Shown here piece after piece: positions 16,670 to 22,871 of a stretch of 22,871 nucleotides of DNA. The stretch comes from Vulcanisaeta sp. AZ3 (GTDB taxonomy: Archaea; Thermoproteota; Thermoprotei; Thermoproteales; Thermocladiaceae). The stretch covers positions 1 through 22,871 of the forward strand of contig JZWU02000024.1 of the NCBI GenBank assembly GCA_000960865.2, given 5' to 3'. A program made the translations under genes and the position numbers. Numbering within the stretch: the first letter of the stretch is position 1; each line of letters starts with the position of its first letter. The notes below the pieces were generated by a model. It ran no database searches, had not been told where the DNA came from, and was given only the letters and a program-made list of their open reading frames with translations.

Positions 16670-17339
16670 GTCTACGGTTAACGGACCAAGACAGTCTCCT
16701 AATAAGTAAGTTAGGGCTAGGGTAATGAGGCACGGGCCTGATACGGCCATTTAATAACGCCTTAAAGGTGTATTCAATGCTTAGATCTTCAAGTTCAAAA
16801 ACAGTATAGGCAATACCAACAAGTTCAGGTATATGAGCATCACTATTAGCAATACCCGGTATTCCTAATCTACGTGCAAAACGCATACTCATCCAGTTAA
16901 ATATTGGTAACGCACCGGCATTGAAGACCTCAATAGCAGGCCACTTATACCGCTTCACTTCATCACCAATACCATGCCTAAAGATATCGTATGGATGTAC
17001 AGGTACCAAAATACAATTATTTTCCCGAGCCCAATCAAAGAGCTCGGGTATAGCCTTTGGCGGATCATCCATACCTGGGTATTCCATACATAGTACTAAT
17101 ACGTCGCCATCAAAAGTCCTAACCTCATTACCAGTGATGATAAGTAGCTCAGTATTAGTGAATTCATGGCTCTTCAATAACTCCTGCGCTCTTAAGGACC
17201 CTCTAAACGTGTTATGATCAGTTATTGAGAGTAATTTAATGCTCCTATCTAATGCATTCAACATTATATCCCTTGGGTCTCCCCTACCATCACTAAATAT
17301 GCTATGCGTATGTAAATCAGCCTTCACCTGAAGAGGCAT
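16662..17339 (-). CDS. PHP-domain metallophosphoesterase
   Basis: DLHTHSIFSDG, ITDHN, GNEV, HPY, IEVFNA and NSDAH motifs; SD-like GAGGGTG upstream. Confidence 0.93.
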   Translation of the reverse strand: MPLQVKADLHTHSIFSDGRGDPRDIMLNALDRSIKLLSITDHNTFRGSLRAQELLKSHEFTNTELLIITGNEVRTFDGDVLVLCMEYPGMDDPPKAIPELFDWARENNCILVPVHPYDIFRHGIGDEVKRYKWPAIEVFNAGALPIFNWMSMRFARRLGIPGIANSDAHIPELVGIAYTVFELEDLSIEYTFKALLNGRIRPVPHYPSPNLLIRRLSWSVNRRLR

Positions 17340-17988
17340 TCCTACACCCTCTCAATTCTTCAGTTAAGTCTCTCTCAACAACCTCGCCCTTAGGTTCCAC
17401 CTCCTTGAAGATTTGAGTCTCGTAAACCAATACCGACGTATCCTCATCTAACCAACAATCAGGTGGTAGGAAAGCCTTCATGCATCCCTCGCTTAAGAAT
17501 GTCATTGAGTCCCAACAATACTCGACAGGAACCTGCGGTAATAATAAACCTGAATAATGACCCTTCTGTATTACAATACCATGCCTACCAACCACAACCT
17601 TATTCGGATAATCCTTTGGATTACCAGGTTCAAGAAGCACTAGTGGACTTAATATGGAGACCTCAAATGTAACCTTATCAAATTCATCAACACTCATAGG
17701 TTCAAACCTAGGATCCTCAACTGCAGCAGCTATGGCGCTCCTAATCACACCATTCACAGTATTATATACAGCCTCAGGGAAACCAATACAACCCCTAAGC
17801 TCACCCCTCCTACCCTTACCCATGAAAACCTCTATTGTCGTGAATACACCATACTTATCCTTAAGAAGCTTAGCGGGCGCATCTTGTGGTGCTTGAATTA
17901 CCTTACCATTACGTAAGTATTCCTCAACAGCCCTCCTGGCAAGGCCAACCAGAAACCTCCCCTCCTCGATATTATACGGCTTGAACAT
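17317..17988 (-). CDS. AMMECR1-domain protein (TIGR00296-type)
   Basis: GVFTTI, LRGCIG, AAVEDPRF, EVSILS, GRHG, GLLLPQV and KA motifs. ATG 17988 preferred; GTG 17997 is an alternative. Confidence 0.93.
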   Translation of the reverse strand: MFKPYNIEEGRFLVGLARRAVEEYLRNGKVIQAPQDAPAKLLKDKYGVFTTIEVFMGKGRRGELRGCIGFPEAVYNTVNGVIRSAIAAAVEDPRFEPMSVDEFDKVTFEVSILSPLVLLEPGNPKDYPNKVVVGRHGIVIQKGHYSGLLLPQVPVEYCWDSMTFLSEGCMKAFLPPDCWLDEDTSVLVYETQIFKEVEPKGEVVERDLTEELRGCRNASSGEG

Positions 17989-18196
17989 TACCACCACTAG
18001 TTCTTACTCTAGAGTTAAATAAATACACTACACCCGTGAGGATCCCTGCAATTACTACAAGTGATAGCATGAGCAAATCAATGATTAAATTACCACCAGT
18101 GAGGAAGTGGCCATTATCCACATATATGGCGTAGTATATCAATATAGCAACAGTTATTAGGAACAATACCATTGACAATATCACGGTACGCTTCAT
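17972..18196 (-). CDS. Small 2-TM hypothetical membrane protein, first gene of the AMMECR1-PHP operon
   Basis: 74 aa with two hydrophobic helices. TATA-like TTTATATT on the minus strand at about 18222-18229; overlaps the AMMECR1 start. Confidence 0.7.
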   Translation of the reverse strand: MKRTVILSMVLFLITVAILIYYAIYVDNGHFLTGGNLIIDLLMLSLVVIAGILTGVVYLFNSRVRTSGGNVQAV

Positions 18197-18275
18197 TAGG
18201 AATACCTAAATCTTTAAGTAAATATAAAGGTTATTATTCACGTTCATTATTTGCCGAATCCTCAGAAGGCAAATG

Positions 18276-18836
18276 TTATTGCATCGTTAAGATCTTAATT
18301 TTCTCATTAATATTCCTAAACACCTTAACATTGCTTAGGAATATTAAGTGAGCTATGTACTTATTTACCTGATTGAGCATTCCCACTAGTTCATTCACAT
18401 AATCAATTGATAATTCACTATCAAGAAGCCTAATCGCCGTCCTCTCTGCTTCCCTAGCCTTAACCCTAAGTAGGTTTAGTAATGCGGTTTTTCTATCTCC
18501 TGGCATGAACCACCCCAATTCCTTACTATCAATATCACAAGCCTCATTTATCAAGTCCCTAATTGGCTTAAGCCATGTCTCATCACCAGTGGCTAAGTAT
18601 GTATTTAAGGCAGTGGCCATGGCAGCTATATTCATGAACTCCACACCACCAACCTCAACAACACCCCACTCAGCAAACGCCTCCAGCTCATCCAACCTAC
18701 CCATAAGCTCTATCGCCGGGTGATCCTTCCTAAGCCTCATACGCCTCCCAAATAATATTATATCACTAAATCCACCATCTCCCGGACACCTTATGGTACC
18801 ATTCATCCTGAGGCAATCAACGAATACATTAGTCAT
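18276..18836 (-). CDS. Divergent PduO-type ATP:cob(I)alamin adenosyltransferase-like protein
   Basis: GDGGFS, RKDHPAIELMGRLDELEA and LRVKAREAER correspond to the PduO motifs GDxGxT, KDxxRIxxxGxxDELNS and RxxxRRAER. ATG 18836 chosen by TATA spacing. Confidence 0.7.
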   Translation of the reverse strand: MTNVFVDCLRMNGTIRCPGDGGFSDIILFGRRMRLRKDHPAIELMGRLDELEAFAEWGVVEVGGVEFMNIAAMATALNTYLATGDETWLKPIRDLINEACDIDSKELGWFMPGDRKTALLNLLRVKAREAERTAIRLLDSELSIDYVNELVGMLNQVNKYIAHLIFLSNVKVFRNINEKIKILTMQ

Positions 18837-18932
18837 AACAAACAAAATACTACACGGTGGGGAAGTTAATATATGTAGTACTTAATTTAATACCTCAGTA
18901 GCATAATCATGGTTAAGTAGAGGTGAGTGAAA

Positions 18933-19166
18933 ATGAGCTTCACCTGTAGTATATGTGGTCGGAAGATATCATTTTGGGATGTAGCATACATAGGAAACTC
19001 ACTTATCATATGTAGAAATTGCTATCCTGAGTACTACGTAAAAAGATGCCCCTTGGTTAGACGTAGATTAAACGGTGAGTTACCACTATCCTGCAATCAC
19101 TGCCTATACCGTAGTAAATGTGATGCATATATAAAAGATGCATCAGCGAAAGGCGGTAAATCCTGA
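18933..19166 (+). CDS. Small 8-Cys metal-binding protein (Zn ribbon plus C-x14-CxxC-x5-C)
   Basis: CSIC...CRNC...RCP...CNHCLYRSKC. Strong SD GAGGTGA at 18920-18926, 6 nt before ATG 18933. Confidence 0.8.
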   Translation: MSFTCSICGRKISFWDVAYIGNSLIICRNCYPEYYVKRCPLVRRRLNGELPLSCNHCLYRSKCDAYIKDASAKGGKS

Positions 19167-19206
19167 GGTTTAAACTTATAACTATGCATGTTCTTAGAGC
19201 CTCTAG

Positions 19207-21009
19207 ATGAACGAAAAGCCATGGATCATTGAGGAGTTAAGTCGCGGTAGCTTCGATGTCATGAGAAGCTCCAGGTATGGGGACCCTGGGGGTTTTCTGT
19301 GCTGCGAGTGGTGGTGTGAGGGTTATTGGGCATCCTCAGGCTATTACAATCTATGTAGTAATAAACCAACAATACCAGAGAGACTTAGTGGTGTTTCACC
19401 AATATTAAGGAGGTTCGTAAGTCCATCCCACTTCCCCAGAAGTAAATTACTAATATCGCTATGGCCGTTCATTAGGAATCGTGCCCGTGAATCCCTTAAT
19501 AGATCCTCAATAGATAAGTTACCAAACATAACTACAGGGGCAACCCACATTAAGGTAAATAGTGATGTCCTAGTCGTTGGTGGGGGCTTGGCTGGATTAT
19601 CGGTAGCTAAGGAATTAGCTAAGCTTGGTTTTAAGGTGGTTCTTGTTGAGGGTGAGGATTACCTTGGTGGTCACTTGATTATTGATGATACGGAGATTAA
19701 GGATGTAGGCCGTGGGGATGAGTTTGTTAGTAAATTGAGTAAAGAGGTTGATGGTTTAATTACTGTACATAGGGGTGTTATTTTTGATGGTTTTCTTGAG
19801 GATGCGGCGGTTGGTCATTCCAGGGATTTCTCAAGGCTATTCATATTCAATTATAAATACTTGATCCTAGCCCAGGGATTCAGGGAGGTACCGCTGGTGT
19901 TTCCAGGAAATGCCACACCGCGTATGGTCACTGGTTTGACCATGTTAAAACTTGTTAAGTGGTGGGGTTATAGACCGAGGAGGGTGTTAATTTGGGGCAG
20001 TGATGATTGGGGTGTAAGGGTTGCCATGAACCTCATAAAGCAGGGCGTTGAGGTGTACCTTGGTGATAATTCTGTAACAATTAGAAGTGACCTTTACAGA
20101 AACATGATTAGCCAATCAGAGGCTAAGGTTTTCATCGGTATGAATATTGTGAATGCCAAGGACTCCAGTGATGGTTTGAGGTTAGTGCTCGAGAATATTA
20201 GGGGTAAAAAGGCTAAGACGAGGAGAAGGGAGGAGGTCACCGTTGATGTCTTAGTAAGTACAGCTAGGGTGCCTGTTATAGATCTGGCAGCCCAGCTTGG
20301 TGCGCCAATAGTCTATGCTCCTGAGTTAGGAGGCCTTGTGCCTAGGAGAGGGTTCACGGGAGATCTTGGTTTAGGATATGCATATGTTGTTGGCGATGCT
20401 GGTGGTTTACTGCCAGAATCTCTCGTGATTAAGCAGGCCAAGATTGCGGCGTTGAGTATTAGTGCAAGGGAGGGATTAATTAGTAGGGATATCCTTGATA
20501 AGGAGTTGGCGGAGTTTAAGAGAGATTCTGTGATTACGAATTCCTCATACTACAATGTAATACTTAGGTTCGAGCAAGGCCTACAGAGTAGCGGGTATTA
20601 TCCCGAGCCCAACGTTACATACACGCCCATGTGGGCTGTGGCCGGGACTATTGAGGATATTGAGGACGCGTTAAAGAGTGCTAATAAGCAGTATCTATGC
20701 CTCTGTGAGGATGTATCCTTAGGTGATGTGTTAGAGGCAGTTAAGGTATTGATGCATGATGAGAAGTTAAGGATTAAGATTTTGCATGGTGAGGAGGAAG
20801 CATACAAGTCCATTAGGTTACCGAGTATGGAGAGAATTAAGAGAGTTGTTGGGTTAGGCACAGGACCTTGCCAGGGTAAGTTCTGCCTACTCAGCACAAA
20901 CCTAATACTGAGCTTTATCTATCAGAAGAAGCCTAGAGAGTTCGGCATTCCAAGGATTAGATTTCCAGAATCGCCAATACCAATGGCAACCCTTGCAGGT
21001 GGTGAGTAA
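19207..21009 (+). CDS. FAD/nucleotide-binding oxidoreductase, alpha subunit of a proline dehydrogenase/sarcosine oxidase-like complex
   Basis: DVLVVGGGLAGL, LGG, AQGFRE...FPGN and YVVGDA, with C-terminal CLCEDVS...RIKR..GLGTGPCQGKFC and RFPESP (BFD-like/SoxA-type Cys domain). Confidence 0.85.
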   Translation: MNEKPWIIEELSRGSFDVMRSSRYGDPGGFLCCEWWCEGYWASSGYYNLCSNKPTIPERLSGVSPILRRFVSPSHFPRSKLLISLWPFIRNRARESLNRSSIDKLPNITTGATHIKVNSDVLVVGGGLAGLSVAKELAKLGFKVVLVEGEDYLGGHLIIDDTEIKDVGRGDEFVSKLSKEVDGLITVHRGVIFDGFLEDAAVGHSRDFSRLFIFNYKYLILAQGFREVPLVFPGNATPRMVTGLTMLKLVKWWGYRPRRVLIWGSDDWGVRVAMNLIKQGVEVYLGDNSVTIRSDLYRNMISQSEAKVFIGMNIVNAKDSSDGLRLVLENIRGKKAKTRRREEVTVDVLVSTARVPVIDLAAQLGAPIVYAPELGGLVPRRGFTGDLGLGYAYVVGDAGGLLPESLVIKQAKIAALSISAREGLISRDILDKELAEFKRDSVITNSSYYNVILRFEQGLQSSGYYPEPNVTYTPMWAVAGTIEDIEDALKSANKQYLCLCEDVSLGDVLEAVKVLMHDEKLRIKILHGEEEAYKSIRLPSMERIKRVVGLGTGPCQGKFCLLSTNLILSFIYQKKPREFGIPRIRFPESPIPMATLAGGE

Positions 21010-22178
21010 TGAGTGAGGGCCGTGGATTAATATCTCTCTCGGCAGATGCCGTAGTTGTTGGCGCCGGGTTAGTTGGTTTAGCAACTGCGTATTATCTAGC
21101 TCGTAAGGGCTTATCTGTGGTTGTCCTTGAGAAGGACTATGTTGGTGGTGGTAGCTCCACTAGGAATGCAGGTAGGTATAGGGTTCATTTTGGAAATAGA
21201 GAGAATACAGAGTTTGCTATCAAGGCCATTAAGAAGTTAGAATCCTTGAGTCGTGAGCTTGGTTGGAACGGCATTATTGAGAGGCCTGGGTATCTGTGGA
21301 TTACTAGGCGTAGAGAGGTCCTTGAGAGTTATGAGAAGCTTAATGAGGAATTGTGGAAGCCCCTCGGCGTGCCTGTGCAAATACTCACGGTAGATGAACT
21401 TAAGGAAAAATTCCCCTACCTAAATACTCAAGGGCTAGTTGGTAGTGTATTCGGCCCTCAGGATGGTGCTTTCCATCATGACTATATAGTCATGGGTTTC
21501 TACACGAAGGCTTTAGACCTTGGCGTTAAAGTCTTCGAGTACTCAGAGGTTAAGAGTGTGGGTATAGATTCCGGTAGAGTCGCGAGTATATCCTCGAGTA
21601 ATGTATTTGTGCGGACTAAGAATGTGATCTTTGCAGCTGGAGCATGGACTGGAGATTTAATGAAATCCTTATTGAATATAGATATTCCAATAAAGCCCGT
21701 TAGGAGAGAGATCGGTGTTACAGAACCCGTTAAACCTATAATAAATACGTACATAATAGATACCGAGACTAATTTATACATTGGACAAACCATGAGGGGC
21801 GAGATACTAGGTAGCGTAGAGCTTGAGAGTGGTGAAGGATTTTTACCCTATGGGAATACACTTAATTGGTTAGTTACTTGGGCTAGGGAAGCAATTAAGT
21901 TAGTTCCAAGTCTCAGGAACGTAAGGGTTATGAGAGTTTGGTCTGGTTATTACGAAATGACACCCGATCATAGTCATGTGATGGGTAGGGCTGATGACTG
22001 GCCCGTGGGCGCTTATGTAATATCTGGTTTTTCAGGCCATGGATTTATGCTGGGACCTTACGCCGCAGAGCTACTCGCTAAGTATATACTTGACGGTGTC
22101 GTTGATCCGCTAATGAAGCCCTTCCTACCTAGCAGGTTCGTCAAGGGGAGCCTCATTAAGGAGTTATTGGTTATTTAG
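21009..22178 (+). CDS. FAD-dependent amino acid oxidoreductase, beta subunit (PdhB/SoxB-like, DAO family)
   Basis: VVGAGLVG, GSSTRNAG, AAGAW, RVWSGYYEMTPD and GFSGHGFM. TAATG stop/start overlap with the alpha gene. Confidence 0.9.
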   Translation: MSEGRGLISLSADAVVVGAGLVGLATAYYLARKGLSVVVLEKDYVGGGSSTRNAGRYRVHFGNRENTEFAIKAIKKLESLSRELGWNGIIERPGYLWITRRREVLESYEKLNEELWKPLGVPVQILTVDELKEKFPYLNTQGLVGSVFGPQDGAFHHDYIVMGFYTKALDLGVKVFEYSEVKSVGIDSGRVASISSSNVFVRTKNVIFAAGAWTGDLMKSLLNIDIPIKPVRREIGVTEPVKPIINTYIIDTETNLYIGQTMRGEILGSVELESGEGFLPYGNTLNWLVTWAREAIKLVPSLRNVRVMRVWSGYYEMTPDHSHVMGRADDWPVGAYVISGFSGHGFMLGPYAAELLAKYILDGVVDPLMKPFLPSRFVKGSLIKELLVI

Positions 22179-22276
22179 TTATCTAAGGAATTAATCCTAT
22201 TTATTTGTGTGTGATTTAGAAAGTACCATTTAATTAATGCGATGGTTAATTATTAATCATAAACTACATCATTAAC

Positions 22277-22708
22277 ATGACGACTGAGCAAGACACTATG
22301 GGAATTGCCAGTGAAGTGAGTAAGGTGGAGTCTGGCATCAATGAGCTAATTAGTAAACTAGCCACTGTTATTGACTCAAGGCTAATGACCAGAGAACCTC
22401 CAATAGACATATTCGATAATGGAGATTCAATAATAATACTTGCAGACCTACCTGGCATTAAGAAGGAGAGTGTTAAGGTTAGGGTTGGCGGCAACTATGT
22501 TGAAATAATAGCCGATCCGCAGCCACCACCAGTAATGGGTAAGGCAGCCAGGGTGGAGAGGCTTGAGAATTTTAAGATCTATAGAAGGATTGAGTTAGGT
22601 GTCAAGTTTAAGGTTGATGGTGCAAGAGCAACATATAAGGATGGTGTGCTTCAAGTAATTATTCCTAAATTAAGTAATGTGGCCGAGACCGAGATTTCAA
22701 TAGAATAA
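22277..22708 (+). CDS. hsp20: Hsp20/alpha-crystallin small heat shock protein
   Basis: PPIDIFD, ADLPGIKKE and ARATYKDGVLQVIIPK alpha-crystallin motifs. Confidence 0.93.
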   Translation: MTTEQDTMGIASEVSKVESGINELISKLATVIDSRLMTREPPIDIFDNGDSIIILADLPGIKKESVKVRVGGNYVEIIADPQPPPVMGKAARVERLENFKIYRRIELGVKFKVDGARATYKDGVLQVIIPKLSNVAETEISIE

Positions 22709-22821
22709 CCAGTAATATATGGAGAGTATAATCAAACTCTAAAAATCAATTAGTGCTTCTGATTAGTAATTACTTGTTTATTAGGATAAGGTATTTATAG
22801 GGGTCTAATTATTATGTCGTG

Positions 22822-22871
22822 ATGTCTATAGTGAAGTTTGAACCTGAAACTAGGAGGGTTCAACTAACGGG
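22822..22871 (+). CDS. 5' end of a probable archaeal AbrB-PhoU phosphate uptake regulator (partial)
   Basis: MSIVKFEPETRRVQLTG resembles the ETR(K/R)VQLTG start of archaeal PhoU-family regulators. TATA-like TATTTATA at 22792-22799. Only about 17 codons are visible. Confidence 0.6.
   Translation, partial: MSIVKFEPETRRVQLT

Noticed and set aside
18933-19166. cas4 gene or CRISPR locus
   Set aside because: No PD-(D/E)xK nuclease domain, no other cas genes and no repeat-spacer array in the window.
596-22494. Short antisense or nested ORFs in the track (e.g. 596-886, 8285-8635, 14591-14980, 16921-17217, 20598-20897, 21500-21793, 22264-22494)
   Set aside because: All are shadows of well-supported genes, with S/I/L/P-rich antisense-type composition and no motifs.
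1-22871. Single proteostasis island (psmA, peptidase, NfeD/stomatin, Hsp20, ABCE1)
   Set aside because: The genes are on different strands, have separate promoters and are interspersed with unrelated genes. Consistent with a shuffled core genome.
1-22871. tRNA, rRNA, IS elements, integrase or provirus
   Set aside because: No GC-rich structured RNA segment, transposase or integrase motif, or terminal repeats seen.

Overview
Gene-dense archaeal core-genome window with about 24 CDS. The gene set, frequent AGG/ATT codons and TATA boxes roughly 25-30 nt before many ATGs (leaderless transcripts) suggest a crenarchaeon of the Thermoproteales, Vulcanisaeta-like; this is inference. Left part: 5' end of ABCE1/Rli (missing from the ORF track), a PAP2 phosphatase, TrmI plus a YkgJ Cys-cluster protein, an orphan xanthine-dehydrogenase-family Mo large subunit and proteasome alpha. 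Middle: a NifX-His-rich-methyltransferase fusion, an M48-like HEXXH membrane peptidase, a HAD phosphatase, a probable pseudo-zincin, a B12-binding radical SAM protein resembling GDGT ring synthases (Grs) and a purine PRTase. Next, a same-strand membrane cluster: 2-TM glycoprotein, stomatin, NfeD, DUF1614, a second HAD and a membrane-anchored roadblock-like protein. Right part: PHP/AMMECR1 operon, a divergent PduO-like protein, a small 8-Cys protein, a PdhA/PdhB-like flavoprotein pair, Hsp20 and the start of an AbrB-PhoU regulator. I found no rRNA, tRNA, CRISPR array or mobile element. Strongest novelty leads: the NifX-His-MTase fusion, the active/inactive zincin pair flanking a 66-nt hairpin, the membrane-anchored roadblock-like protein and the mini Cas4-type Fe-S motif protein. 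All family calls rest on motif recognition by eye, not database searches.
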